The position numbers and the translations under genes were made by a program. DNA of 64,000 bases from Candidatus Woesearchaeota archaeon (GTDB lineage Archaea; Nanobdellota; Nanobdellia; Pacearchaeales; GW2011-AR1): NCBI GenBank assembly GCA_964493885.1, contig CAZBPV010000001.1:100703-164702 (forward strand). Reading direction: 5' to 3'. Shown here piece by piece: positions 9,491 through 19,047 of the stretch. The notes beneath the pieces are model-generated. The model saw nothing but the letters and a program-made list of their open reading frames with translations. It ran no database searches and had not been told where the DNA came from. Numbering within the stretch: position 1 is the first letter of the stretch; the number at the start of each line of letters is the position of its first letter.

Positions 9491-10027
9491 ATGATAAAAT
9501 ATGTTTATGAGTTTACAAATAAAAGAAAACTAACTAAAAAAGAATTTATTCATTGGTTTGAAAAGAAGTTTCTTTATACATTAAGGAAATTTAAGATGGT
9601 TAAGAAAGGGGATATTGTTTGCTATGAAAATAAAGGGGATTTTAGGGGAGCTGTTCTTGAGAGTTTGTTAATGATGTTTGCTGAGAGGGGTGTTATTGAG
9701 ATTATTAAGCTCCCTAGCAATAGAAAATACTCTAAGAAAGCAATTACATCCACAACAGATATGGAGGCTGATAAGGTGACTAATATCCTTGTAAAAGGCA
9801 AGATTACTAGATTAAGCGAGCTTAAACCAGTTAATGGAAAAGTGATTAAGCCTTTATTTTTGTTTTTAGATAAAGAGGTTATGCTTTACTGCAAATTAAT
9901 GAATCTTAAGTGCAAGGCACGAATTGAAAAAAAAGATAAGATTTCCAGGTTTGTTGATGATTTAGAGAAAAAACACCCTGAAATAAAACATTCTATTGTT
10001 AAAAGTTTCTTGGAGTTATATCCTTAA
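9491..10027 (+). CDS. Degenerate PP-loop ATPase-like protein (TtcA/Ncs6/TilS-like C-terminal features, no SGGxDS loop)
   Basis: DKEVMLYCKLMNLKC...ISRFVDDLEKKHPEIKHSIVKSF resembles the tail of tRNA thiolation ATP-PPases. The expected PP-loop position instead reads IVCYENKGDFRGAV. Confidence 0.35.
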   Translation: MIKYVYEFTNKRKLTKKEFIHWFEKKFLYTLRKFKMVKKGDIVCYENKGDFRGAVLESLLMMFAERGVIEIIKLPSNRKYSKKAITSTTDMEADKVTNILVKGKITRLSELKPVNGKVIKPLFLFLDKEVMLYCKLMNLKCKARIEKKDKISRFVDDLEKKHPEIKHSIVKSFLELYP

Positions 10028-10029
10028 AA

Positions 10030-10037
10030 TTTATAAA
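10030..10037 (+). promoter_or_regulatory. TATA box TTTATAAA, 29 nt upstream of the antitoxin ATG at 10059
   Basis: Read directly. Confidence 0.6.
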
Positions 10038-10056
10038 CTATAGATGTTCTATAGTT
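10036..10056. promoter_or_regulatory. Candidate TA operator: inverted repeat AACTATAG-N5-CTATAGTT between the TATA box and the start codon
   Basis: Perfect 8-bp arms. The same ACTATAG/CTATAGT palindrome occurs at the second TA locus (20890..20907). Confidence 0.55.
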
Positions 10057-10058
10057 GA

Positions 10059-10289
10059 ATGGTTACAACAATTCAAATTAGGGAAAATGTAAAAAATCAG
10101 CTGGATAAGATGAAGTCTGGAAAAGAGAGTTATGAAGATGTGATAGTTTATCTTATCAAATCTATAGAAGAGCAAAAAAGGAAGAATGAAGAGTTGCTTG
10201 CAGAAGGATGTATTGCCATGGCTGAAGAGAGTCTTAAAATAACTAAAGAATTTGAAGCTATAGAGGACCTTAGTAATTGGGAATGGTAA
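10059..10289 (+). CDS. Type II antitoxin with a CopG/RHH-like N-terminus and an acidic Trp-ending C-terminus (MazE-like role)
   Basis: MVTTIQIRENVKNQLDKMKSGKESYEDVIVYLIK fits a strand-helix-helix pattern. It overlaps the mazF start by 13 nt and ends in SNWEW. Confidence 0.7.
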   Translation: MVTTIQIRENVKNQLDKMKSGKESYEDVIVYLIKSIEEQKRKNEELLAEGCIAMAEESLKITKEFEAIEDLSNWEW

Positions 10290-10633
10290 GTGTCATTAAG
10301 AGAGGAGAAATTTTTCTTGTTAATTTTGAACCTATAAAAGGCAGGGAGCAAGGAGGAATTCGTCCAGCATTAATACTTCAAAATGATATTTCAAACACTT
10401 TTTCTCTGGTTACTATTGTAGCCGCAATAACTTCAAAAATACCTGAAAAAGAATATCCAACAAATGTTTTTGTTCCTAAAAAAGAATCCAGATTAGATAA
10501 AGATTCAACTATCTTATTAAATCAAATAAGAACAATTGATAAAACAAGGTTAATTAAAAGATTAAGCTCCCTTGATAATTTCAAAATGAATCAAGTTGAT
10601 TTAGCAATTAGAATTAGCTTAGGATTAAAGTAG
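10277..10633 (+). CDS. mazF: MazF/PemK-family endoribonuclease toxin
   Basis: RGEIFLVNFEPIKGREQGGIRPALILQND...STILLNQIRTIDKTRL is the typical MazF/PemK signature. Confidence 0.85.
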   Translation: MGMVSVIKRGEIFLVNFEPIKGREQGGIRPALILQNDISNTFSLVTIVAAITSKIPEKEYPTNVFVPKKESRLDKDSTILLNQIRTIDKTRLIKRLSSLDNFKMNQVDLAIRISLGLK

Positions 10634-10658
10634 GTTTAATTAGAACTTTAGTTTATGT

Positions 10659-12662
10659 TCACTTTTCTTTAGCTTTCTTATCACTTTCTAATCTTTTTAT
10701 GAAGTCACTTATGAATTTTTTAGTGTCTTCGCCTCTTTGCCTGACTTCTTTTATTGAATAAACTGGGATTTTGTCTTTTTCGTGCTTTTCTGTTTTTACT
10801 TCTACTACCACCTTGTCATTCATTTTTTCACTTAGAAGTATTTCCCCTTGAGATATTGAAGCAATTTTTTTTGCAGTTGTAATTAAAGTTCCCATGCTCA
10901 TAAACTTTAAAACATCTTTTTCTTTCTTAGCAACAATAGTTCCGTAATTAAGAGAGATTCCAAAATCAATTTTTTGCTTTGCTAATTTATTGTATTTGTC
11001 TAGGGATTCTTTTATTTTCTGAGAAACTTCTATAGCAGTGTTTTGATTCTTGAATGTCTTTGTATTTAATGGAACCCACATATAGAATATATTATTTTGA
11101 TTTTCATATACTGATGCTTTTGAGTCTTCTGCAATTCTTGTTATTTCATTTAATTTTTCCTTTACAGCATCATTTTTTACTAATTCAGTTTCATTTTTTA
11201 GTTTAATGCATGCAATGCTTATGTTTTGCTGTTCTCCTTTTATAGAGAGAGATAATTCTGCTTTATTTTTTGTGCTTATTAGTGATTTGTCTGTTGTTTT
11301 TGTTGCCTGCTGTCTCTCTTCTCTTTTTTTTGTGATATATCCAAAAAAAGCTTTTTTGTATCCTTTTTTATAAATTAAATATGCTACTAGTCCAAGAACT
11401 CCTATTATAAACATCCAAACAAGAGGGTATGCTATCCTTGATATTATCCCATCTGAAATCTTTTCAACTGCAACTGCATTTCCAGTAAGCATAACTCTTT
11501 CATTTAGCTTTTCATCTCCAGCCCGTATTTCCAAGTCATACTCTCCATCGGGAGCACTTAAATAATATTTTTGAACTCCATCAATTGGGAGGCAGATATC
11601 TAAGTTTATTGTATTATTTCCTATTTTTACTATGGTTGTTTTATTATATACAACATTTCCTATGTTTGTTATTATTACTGTGCTGTTTATTACATTAATT
11701 TTTACTGCTTCTTTTTGTGAAATATTGAACTTTTCTTCTGTACTCAATCCCTCAGATTTAATAATAATTATCCATTCATTTGGAGGCTGATTATATGCAA
11801 CTGGAATCTCAATTAGTTCATCTGTTTGCACATCTCTTTGTTCAATTATCTTACTCTTTTCATTTTTTATAGTGATTACTGCATCTGAAATTATTTTTTC
11901 TCCAGTTTGGTCATGAAGTATTGCTGTGACTTTTAAATTGTTTCCAGGTTCTACTGGTTTTTCAAGGTTTATCTCAAGACTGGTTGGAACTTGATTTATT
12001 AAAAGTGAAACACTTGCAGTTCCTTTATTTGAGATATTTCCATCTGATTCTTTTTCATAGATATTTAAGAGTGCAATGTACTCCCCTGCTTTTGCATCTT
12101 TTGGAGCAGAAACATTAAGGAAAATATACCCATTTTTTACTGTATCAGTTATTTTTAGTATTGATTCACCTTTTCTAATTAAGTCTAAATCTGCAAAGCC
12201 TTTTACATTTTCCCCATTTTCTTTTACTGCATTTCCTTTTATAATAATAGGTTCTTCTGGATTAAAGTCTTGTTTTTCTATCTCTGCATTTGCATTAATT
12301 CTGTCTGAGATAGTAAGTTCTTTTGTAAGAGTATATTGTTCTCCAAGAATTGCCTTAATTGAGCAGACTCCAGTTGACCTTCCTATAAAATTAGTGATAA
12401 GTGGGATTGCCGCATTTATTTCTTGTTCTTCTCCAAGTGATAAGAAAATATATTGTTTATGAACCTCAGTTTTAATTCCATTGCAAATAAGCTCCATTGA
12501 GAAAAAATTTGCCACCCCTTCAGTTGTTGCAATTTTTATTGGTATTCGTATTAATTCTCCAAGATTGTATAAGTCTTCTGGTTGTTGAGTAAAAATAAGT
12601 TCTGCAGATGCTAAAGAAGTCATTAATATAATAAATACTAATAGTATTGCTACTCTTTTCAT
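10659..12662 (-). CDS. Single-pass membrane protein with a large extracytoplasmic beta-rich region and a cytoplasmic degenerate class III cyclase-homology-like domain
   Basis: Signal peptide MKRVAILLVFIILMTSLASA and TM segment YPLVWMFIIGVLGLVAYLIY. The C-terminal pattern ISIACIKL...FGISLNYGTIV...MGTLITTAKKIASISQGEILLSEK...IPVYSI mirrors adenylyl/guanylyl cyclase catalytic-domain topology, but the metal-binding Asp residues are missing. Confidence 0.4.
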   Translation of the reverse strand: MKRVAILLVFIILMTSLASAELIFTQQPEDLYNLGELIRIPIKIATTEGVANFFSMELICNGIKTEVHKQYIFLSLGEEQEINAAIPLITNFIGRSTGVCSIKAILGEQYTLTKELTISDRINANAEIEKQDFNPEEPIIIKGNAVKENGENVKGFADLDLIRKGESILKITDTVKNGYIFLNVSAPKDAKAGEYIALLNIYEKESDGNISNKGTASVSLLINQVPTSLEINLEKPVEPGNNLKVTAILHDQTGEKIISDAVITIKNEKSKIIEQRDVQTDELIEIPVAYNQPPNEWIIIIKSEGLSTEEKFNISQKEAVKINVINSTVIITNIGNVVYNKTTIVKIGNNTINLDICLPIDGVQKYYLSAPDGEYDLEIRAGDEKLNERVMLTGNAVAVEKISDGIISRIAYPLVWMFIIGVLGLVAYLIYKKGYKKAFFGYITKKREERQQATKTTDKSLISTKNKAELSLSIKGEQQNISIACIKLKNETELVKNDAVKEKLNEITRIAEDSKASVYENQNNIFYMWVPLNTKTFKNQNTAIEVSQKIKESLDKYNKLAKQKIDFGISLNYGTIVAKKEKDVLKFMSMGTLITTAKKIASISQGEILLSEKMNDKVVVEVKTEKHEKDKIPVYSIKEVRQRGEDTKKFISDFIKRLESDKKAKEK

Positions 12663-12706
12663 ACTCTAAAAATAGAGAAAGTTTATTTATAAATATTTAT
12701 GTAAGT

Positions 12707-12714
12707 TTTAAAAA
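12707..12714 (+). promoter_or_regulatory. TATA box TTTAAAAA, 29 nt upstream of the trpS ATG
   Basis: Read directly. Confidence 0.55.
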
Positions 12715-12735
12715 TAGTAATTACTTATCTAGAAC

Positions 12736-13848
12736 ATGAAAAAAGCAGGTAGTGTTACCCCTTATGAAGTCTCTGGTGAGATTAATTATGATAAATTGAT
12801 TAGGGAATTTGGGGTTCGTAAGATAGATGATGAAATGCTAAATGAAATTAAGAAGTATACTGGGGATTTGCATTTTATGTTAAAAAGAAGAGTGTTTTTT
12901 GCTTCTAGAGACTTGAAATGGTTGCTGGATAAATACGGGAAAAAGGAGAAGTTTTTTCTTTATACTGGGTGCGGGCCTTCAGGACCAATTCATTTAGGGC
13001 ATTTGCAAACATGGATATTTACAAAATGGCTTCAAGATAAATTTGATGTGGAGTTGTGGTTTCAATTTACAGATGATGAGAAGTTTTTATTTAAAGATAA
13101 ATCTTATGAAGAAATCCAAAAATGGACTTATGAGAATATGCTTGATGTTATTGCCCTTGGTTTTAATCCTAAGAAGACACATTTTATTATTGATACTAAG
13201 CATGCTGGATTATTATATCCAGAAGCAATTAAATTTGCTAAGAAAATAAATTTTTCAACAATAAAAGCTGCTTTTGGTTTTAGTGATTCTAATAATATAG
13301 GAAGTATTTTTTATACTGCTATGCAAGCTGTTCCAGCAGTTATTCCAAGTGTATTGGCAAAGAAGAATATACCTTGCTTAATTCCTCTTGCAATTGATCA
13401 AGATCCTCATTTTAGAGTTGCTAGGGATATTTATCCTAAGTTAGGGTATTACAAGCCTGCGATTATTCACGGGATGTTTTTACCCCCATTACAAGGAGTT
13501 AAAGGAAAGATGAGTTCGACTGGAGAACAGATTGCAATTTATACTACTGATAAACCTAATGAAGTAAAAAATAAGATTAACAAGCATGCTTTTTCAGGGG
13601 GAAGAGATACACTGGAAGAACATAGAGAAAAAGGCGGGAATCCTGATATTGATGTTTGTTTTCAGTATCTTAGAATGCTTCTTGAAGAGGATGATGCAAA
13701 GCTTAAGCAAATTGAAGAGGATTATAGGAGTGGCAAGCTTTTGACAGGAGAATTAAAACAATATACTATTGACAAGATAAATAAATTCTTAGAAAAACAT
13801 CAGAAAGCTCGTGAAAGAGCTAAGTCACAGATTAGTAAGTTTCTATGA
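12736..13848 (+). CDS. trpS: Tryptophanyl-tRNA synthetase (archaeal/eukaryotic type)
   Basis: FLYTGCGPSGPIHLGHLQTWIFTKWLQDKFDVELWFQFTDDEKFLF (HIGH region) and KMSSTG (KMSKS-like). Confidence 0.9.
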   Translation: MKKAGSVTPYEVSGEINYDKLIREFGVRKIDDEMLNEIKKYTGDLHFMLKRRVFFASRDLKWLLDKYGKKEKFFLYTGCGPSGPIHLGHLQTWIFTKWLQDKFDVELWFQFTDDEKFLFKDKSYEEIQKWTYENMLDVIALGFNPKKTHFIIDTKHAGLLYPEAIKFAKKINFSTIKAAFGFSDSNNIGSIFYTAMQAVPAVIPSVLAKKNIPCLIPLAIDQDPHFRVARDIYPKLGYYKPAIIHGMFLPPLQGVKGKMSSTGEQIAIYTTDKPNEVKNKINKHAFSGGRDTLEEHREKGGNPDIDVCFQYLRMLLEEDDAKLKQIEEDYRSGKLLTGELKQYTIDKINKFLEKHQKARERAKSQISKFL

Positions 13849-14213
13849 GAACAAAAAAAGTCAGCAAATTTATCTATTGGACTCCAAGAATATTATCAAT
13901 AATCTTTATTCTTTTCTTGGCGATGTTTTCATTAGATATTTTTGACGGCAATTATGGATTTTGGGGAACAATCCTGGGTTTGTTCATGCATAATATTCCA
14001 GTGCTTATCTTGATAGGAGTTCTTATAGTTGCGTGGAAATACGAGGTTGTTGGAGGAATTGCATTTATCCTTGGGGGATTGCTGTATATTGCAATATTAT
14101 TAATCAGTGGATTTGAATGGTATATGCTTTTATGGATTCTGCAGATTTCAGGGATGGCATTTTTAATAGGAATTTTATTTTTAATTAATTGGTGCAAGAA
14201 GAAAAAGAGATAA
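13845..14213 (+). CDS. Small hypothetical membrane protein (about 4 TM)
   Basis: Hydrophobic throughout. Its start overlaps the trpS stop by 4 nt. Confidence 0.55.
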   Translation: MRTKKVSKFIYWTPRILSIIFILFLAMFSLDIFDGNYGFWGTILGLFMHNIPVLILIGVLIVAWKYEVVGGIAFILGGLLYIAILLISGFEWYMLLWILQISGMAFLIGILFLINWCKKKKR

Positions 14214-14219
14214 AAACTA

Positions 14220-14735
14220 TTAATCAGCCCTTTTAGTATAAGTTCTTAATTGTATATTTTTTGGAATTTCAAAATCTAAAAACACAAGTTCTGAACTTGG
14301 AACAACTAATGCTTCTATTCCTTCAATTGGAACTGGTTTTAGTGAAAGAATTTGATTCCATGTCGCATCAGCATATTTATGTCCTTGTCCTTCATATGAT
14401 TGCATCCTTAGTTTTCTTGTAAATTCAAAAAATTGTTCCTCAGAATTTTTTTCTCCGTGTTCTCTGAATTGTTCTATATTTTCTCTCACCCATTCAGGGT
14501 TTAAAACAAAATGATACTCTCCCCAACAACCATAGCTATCACATTCAATCCTCTTTTTTTCTAATGCAGTAAAACAAACAACTTGTGAGCTTGATGTATG
14601 AGCATATTCTGAGTTTTTAGTTTCTTTTGGAGATTTTAATCCTTGTTCAAGAATTTTTTTTACATCACGTAATTCATAAGTTGAATGGACAAGTTTCATT
14701 TTAATCTCCTGCTGCTGAACTTGTTGCTGTAGCAT
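14220..14735 (-). CDS. Hypothetical protein
   Basis: ORF in an operon with 14701..16180. No motif recognised. Confidence 0.45.
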   Translation of the reverse strand: MLQQQVQQQEIKMKLVHSTYELRDVKKILEQGLKSPKETKNSEYAHTSSSQVVCFTALEKKRIECDSYGCWGEYHFVLNPEWVRENIEQFREHGEKNSEEQFFEFTRKLRMQSYEGQGHKYADATWNQILSLKPVPIEGIEALVVPSSELVFLDFEIPKNIQLRTYTKRAD

Positions 14736-15033
14736 ATACTTGTTTTCTTACAAAATTTCTTGCTTCAAGAATCTTAGGGTATTCCAGACATTCAATATCT
14801 TTTCCTTTTTCTTTATCAAAGTAAAATCCAAATCCTGCACATTGTCTGCATTTTTCAAATAATATATCTGAGTTGTGAAAATTTCCAATTGAATCCCTAG
14901 TCACACTTGCTTCATACATTGTTCTGTATGGGCATTTTCCTTTTCCACAAGTTTCAATAAAATCAATATCATTAATTATTAATGGTTGTTCTTGTGTCAT
15001 TTTATTTTGCTCCTGCATTTTCATAATTATCAA
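14701..15033 (-). CDS. Hypothetical Cys-containing small protein; start uncertain
   Basis: CGKGKC and CRQC pairs suggest metal binding. The ORF overlaps both neighbours. Confidence 0.4.
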   Translation of the reverse strand: MIIMKMQEQNKMTQEQPLIINDIDFIETCGKGKCPYRTMYEASVTRDSIGNFHNSDILFEKCRQCAGFGFYFDKEKGKDIECLEYPKILEARNFVRKQVYATATSSAAGD

Positions 15034-16180
15034 CAGCTTTCTGGACTGCTATCCTTATTGAGTCCTCTTGAGTTTTTTGAAGATAATCCTGCATATCCTC
15101 TTCAGTTTTTTGTATTGGTTCAATAAGCTCCCTTGGGGAATATCCTTTTTTTAAAAGATCTTGATAACTTATTGCTCTTTGATAGACTCCAGCATTTTCA
15201 GCAAAAATAAATTTTCCATCCTTGTCTTTTCCAAGATAAAGTGCAACATGAGTTACTTTTCTGTCAGGAGCATTATATTTGCTTTTAGGGTAATAGAAGC
15301 TAACAATACTTACTCCAGGTTTTAATTTATCTTCATATCCTGCTAAATCACCATTAATTTCACTTACAAGCTGATTTCTTTCTGCAAATTCCCATGCATT
15401 AGCGCTATTATACTCTGAACCAGAAATCTGCTTAGCAGCTAGTCTTGCATATTTTGCACAGTCATTCTTTACCACTTCTTTAAATTTTGGTGCATTTGGA
15501 AGAGTTGGAACTTTAGCTTCAAGTCCTTTATTCTCCTTTCTTTTTAATTCATCATAAAAAGTTTTTACATTCCCAACCCAATTTTTATTAAGTCCATCAG
15601 GGTCATTTGGAGCATCAATAGGAGCATAAGTTGCACTAAGAAATTCAATGAAACTTTTGCCTTCATTTTCAGCAAATCTCTCCTTTGCTTTTTTAATAGT
15701 AGCAGCGCACCAAATAGCCTGCTTTTCAAATTCACTAGTATAAGGTATAACTTTGTCATTTTCAACAATCCCTGAATCTTTTCTATACCTGTCATTAGGG
15801 ATTATTCCAAAAGCATATTTCTTGCTATTTTCAGCTTTTCTTATTGCAGTTAAAAGTTCAGGTTCTACTCCAAATCTTTTTGCAGCATAATCAATTATTT
15901 CTTCTTCAGTTTTTTGCTTTTGAGGTTTGACAGATTCTTGACTTTTGCTTTGTTCAGGAGCAGTTACTGCTCTTTCAAGGCTTGGTTTTAAATTAGGTTT
16001 ATAATTTTCTATTGCTTTAGCAAGATATGCCCCTCCAGTAAAAGCTAGAATCATTCCAAGTCCAGTTGCTAGTCCTGTAAGTAAATAGTTCCCCTTTCTT
16101 TTTTGGGGTTTAAATAATTTCTTTAAATAATCTCTAGGTATATATTCCATTTTCCCTAAGTTATTTTCATCCTTTATCAT
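15002..16180 (-). CDS. Membrane-anchored putative cell-wall hydrolase with a lytic-transglycosylase-like segment and an NlpC/P60- or CHAP-like C-terminal domain
   Basis: N-terminal TM segment LLTGLATGLGMILAFTGGAYL. AAKRFGVEPELLTAIRKAENS is SLT-like. The C-terminal NDCAKYARL (candidate Cys nucleophile) followed by VTHVALYLGKDKDGKFIFAEN (His) fits a papain-like amidase pattern. Confidence 0.4.
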   Translation of the reverse strand: MIKDENNLGKMEYIPRDYLKKLFKPQKRKGNYLLTGLATGLGMILAFTGGAYLAKAIENYKPNLKPSLERAVTAPEQSKSQESVKPQKQKTEEEIIDYAAKRFGVEPELLTAIRKAENSKKYAFGIIPNDRYRKDSGIVENDKVIPYTSEFEKQAIWCAATIKKAKERFAENEGKSFIEFLSATYAPIDAPNDPDGLNKNWVGNVKTFYDELKRKENKGLEAKVPTLPNAPKFKEVVKNDCAKYARLAAKQISGSEYNSANAWEFAERNQLVSEINGDLAGYEDKLKPGVSIVSFYYPKSKYNAPDRKVTHVALYLGKDKDGKFIFAENAGVYQRAISYQDLLKKGYSPRELIEPIQKTEEDMQDYLQKTQEDSIRIAVQKAVDNYENAGAK

Positions 16181-16201
16181 ATTTTACATACATCTGAGAT
16201 G

Positions 16202-16209
16202 TTTATAAA
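16202..16209 (-). promoter_or_regulatory. TATA box TTTATAAA (palindromic), 29 nt upstream of the minus-strand ATG at 16180
   Basis: Read directly. Confidence 0.55.
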
Positions 16210-16251
16210 TCTTATGTTTGTGTTACCTAGATAGTAGTAACATTAGGAAGG

Positions 16252-16259
16252 TTTATATA
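16252..16259 (+). promoter_or_regulatory. TATA box TTTATATA, 29 nt upstream of the ATG at 16281
   Basis: Read directly. It supports the internal Met as the true start. Confidence 0.55.
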
Positions 16260-16280
16260 TATTGGAATGCGAATAAATAC

Positions 16281-16904
16281 ATGGAAAAAACACCTTTATA
16301 TGTAAACAGCGAAGGGACTGATGATTTAAGCATTCAGGTAGTTGGTGGTATACAGGATTTTGGAAAACAGGTTTTAAACAGGGATTTTCAACCAACTGGC
16401 TGGCCTAATAATTTACCTAATTTAAGGGATTTTGAAAAAAATGGAGTAATCTGGGTTGATTCTTATAAGCAGGCATTGTGGAATTTATATGATAGAAATA
16501 AGGATGCAACTTTGTTTACTGCAGATATTACAGATGGAATTTTAGTCCCTGATAGATTTCATAGCAGAGTATATGCATCTAGTATTCAGCATCTTAATCC
16601 GGAAAAAGATACAGCAGAATTAATCACTCCAAATAAATCTGGAATTGTTGTCTCAAGAGCTGGCTTTAATCCAAGAGATGGTGAGGCATATAATCAGGCA
16701 ATGGCATATGCATTAGCACTTCATGAAATGGGGCATTTGGCTTTAGGGAGCAAAGTATGTAATTCTGACAATTGTGTATTCTCACATAATTATGATGCAT
16801 TAGAGGGGATAATTCAAAGATTTTCTAGTGATGGCAAGATGCCCATATGTGATGTAGATAAGAAAAGGCTTGAAGAATTCAAAGAAAGATGGGAGATAAA
16901 ATGA
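16281..16904 (+). CDS. amzA: Archaemetzincin-like zinc metallopeptidase
   Basis: HEMGHLALGSKVCNSDNCVF...ICDVD fits the archaemetzincin pattern HExxHxxGxxxCxxxxC plus a distal Cys. Confidence 0.6.
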   Translation: MEKTPLYVNSEGTDDLSIQVVGGIQDFGKQVLNRDFQPTGWPNNLPNLRDFEKNGVIWVDSYKQALWNLYDRNKDATLFTADITDGILVPDRFHSRVYASSIQHLNPEKDTAELITPNKSGIVVSRAGFNPRDGEAYNQAMAYALALHEMGHLALGSKVCNSDNCVFSHNYDALEGIIQRFSSDGKMPICDVDKKRLEEFKERWEIK

Positions 16905-17230
16905 CAAAACCAGAAACATACCAAAAAGTAGCAGATAGATATACTCAGAAATTCAATGAACTTATGGAGATTAACCCAGATAGTAATTTTGGGGATATTT
17001 CTAGAAATATTCTTTCAGGGGTGTATGGTTATTTATATTTTATAATTAAATCTAATAAAGTTACTCCACGAAACAGAAAAGCATTTCTTAGAAGCTTAAG
17101 TAAGATTAGAACTTATTATAAATTAATAGATAAATTTCCAGAATTTAGGCAAGGTGAACTTACTAAAGAAGGAGCTTTTCCTGACTTAAAAGAATTTATG
17201 AATTCAGAAGAAGGAATAAGACAGGCATAG
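16889..17230 (+). CDS. Hypothetical protein
   Basis: The ORF overlaps the upstream gene end. No motif recognised. Confidence 0.45.
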   Translation: MGDKMTKPETYQKVADRYTQKFNELMEINPDSNFGDISRNILSGVYGYLYFIIKSNKVTPRNRKAFLRSLSKIRTYYKLIDKFPEFRQGELTKEGAFPDLKEFMNSEEGIRQA

Positions 17231-17313
17231 AAAGTAGGAATTGAAGGATTTCAGAGTTATTACATTGAATTCTCTAAGCAAAAATTAGAAGGAAAATTAG
17301 CAACTTCATAATC

Positions 17314-17321
17314 TTTAAATA
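17314..17321 (+). promoter_or_regulatory. TATA box TTTAAATA, 29 nt upstream of the thrS ATG
   Basis: Read directly. Confidence 0.6.
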
Positions 17322-17342
17322 CGTGTTTCTGTTATTTCTTTT

Positions 17343-19046
17343 ATGAAAATACTTACCTTGCATGTTGATTACATTAAGTTTAAGCCATTGAAAAAGGCTC
17401 TAAAAAGCATTGCTGATCTAAGTGAAAAAGACAAAAAAGAGCAGGAAGTTAAAGAGGCACTAGTTGTCTTGACTGCTGTTGAAAAAACAGACGCAGATGT
17501 TAAAAAGGCAGTTGAAAGCTATGTTCATGAAATCAAGGATATTGCTTCTCAAGTAAAAGCAAAGACAATTGTTCTTTATCCTTATGCTCATTTATCTAGT
17601 AATTTGTCAAGTCCAGAGACTGCTATGGCTGTTCTTGATAGTGCTGAAAAAGCACTCAAGGATTTCAAAGTTGTAAGAGCTCCTTTTGGATATTATAAAG
17701 AATTTGAATTAAAAGTTAAGGGGCATCCATTAAGTGAATTGTCAAGAGACATCAAGTTAGAACCTGGGAAAATAAATGTTGAAGAAGTTTATGATTATAA
17801 GAGGCTTCTTAATGAGATTTCAAAAACCAAGCTTGATACTTCCAAAATCAAGGAAAATGACCATAGAATTATAGGAAAGCAAATGGATTTGTTTTCATTT
17901 AGCGAGACTGCTCCTGGCATGGTGTTTTGGCATAATAATGGATGGATTATTTACAAACAACTTGTTGAATTCTGGAGAGAGCTGCATAAAAAATATGGAT
18001 ATCAGGAAATTTCAACTCCACAAATACTTGATAAAAGATTATGGCAGATTTCAGGGCACTGGGAAAAATATAGAGATAATATATTCCTAACAGATTATGA
18101 AAAAAGACAGTTTGCTATAAAACCAATGAATTGCCCTGGAGGAATGCTTATTTATAGGAATTCTCCTAAGAGTTACAGGGATTTTCCATTGAGAACAGCA
18201 GAGCTTGGAACAGTTCATAGGCAGGAGCTTTCAGGAGTTTTAGCTGGATTGTTCAGGGTTATCAAGTTTACACAAGATGATGCTCATATTTTTTGTTTGA
18301 ATGAAAAAATGCTTGAAAATGAAATTATTGGAGTTCTTGAATTAGTTGATGAAATATATTCTAAATTTGGATTTAAGTATAAGATGGAACTTTCAACACG
18401 TCCTGAAAAAAGAATCGGAAGCGATGAAATGTGGGATAGAGCTGAGAATGTTCTTGAAATAGTATTAAAGAAAAAGAAGATTAAATATAAGGTAAATAAA
18501 GGAGATGGCGCATTTTATGGGCCTAAGATTGATTTTCATTTAGAAGATTCTCTTGGAAGAACTTGGCAGTGTGGAACTATACAAGTTGATTTTGCAATGC
18601 CTGAAAGATTTGATTTGGAATACACTGATAAGGACAATTCAAGGAAGCGTCCGATTATGATTCATAGAGCAATTTATGGAAGCTTGGAAAGATTTATTGG
18701 AGTTTTAATTGAACACTATAGTGGATGGTTTCCAATATGGCTTGCTCCTGTTCAAGTTAGAGTCTTAAATTTTACAGATAGGAATGATAAGGGAGCTCAA
18801 AAAGTCTTTGATAAATTAAAAGAAATTCCAGGAATAAGAATAGATAATGATTTTTCACAGACAAGCATTCCTTCTAAGGTTAAGGAAGCATCATTGATGA
18901 GAATACCATATATTATTGTTATAGGAGACAAAGAAGAAAAAGAGAAAACTCTTGCTGTTAGAGTAAGAGGAGATAGTAAAATACAATCTTTTAAATTAGA
19001 AGAGTTTGTTAAGAAACTTGAAAAAGAGATTTGTAACAGGGAATAA
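17343..19046 (+). CDS. thrS: Threonyl-tRNA synthetase, archaeal type with an N-terminal editing domain
   Basis: [20 protein letters not shown] is the archaeal ThrRS editing-domain start. Class II motifs [14 protein letters not shown] and [10 protein letters not shown] are present, as is a C-terminal anticodon-binding region. Confidence 0.9.
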   Translation: MKILTLHVDYIKFKPLKKALKSIADLSEKDKKEQEVKEALVVLTAVEKTDADVKKAVESYVHEIKDIASQVKAKTIVLYPYAHLSSNLSSPETAMAVLDSAEKALKDFKVVRAPFGYYKEFELKVKGHPLSELSRDIKLEPGKINVEEVYDYKRLLNEISKTKLDTSKIKENDHRIIGKQMDLFSFSETAPGMVFWHNNGWIIYKQLVEFWRELHKKYGYQEISTPQILDKRLWQISGHWEKYRDNIFLTDYEKRQFAIKPMNCPGGMLIYRNSPKSYRDFPLRTAELGTVHRQELSGVLAGLFRVIKFTQDDAHIFCLNEKMLENEIIGVLELVDEIYSKFGFKYKMELSTRPEKRIGSDEMWDRAENVLEIVLKKKKIKYKVNKGDGAFYGPKIDFHLEDSLGRTWQCGTIQVDFAMPERFDLEYTDKDNSRKRPIMIHRAIYGSLERFIGVLIEHYSGWFPIWLAPVQVRVLNFTDRNDKGAQKVFDKLKEIPGIRIDNDFSQTSIPSKVKEASLMRIPYIIVIGDKEEKEKTLAVRVRGDSKIQSFKLEEFVKKLEKEICNRE

Positions 19047-19047
19047 A

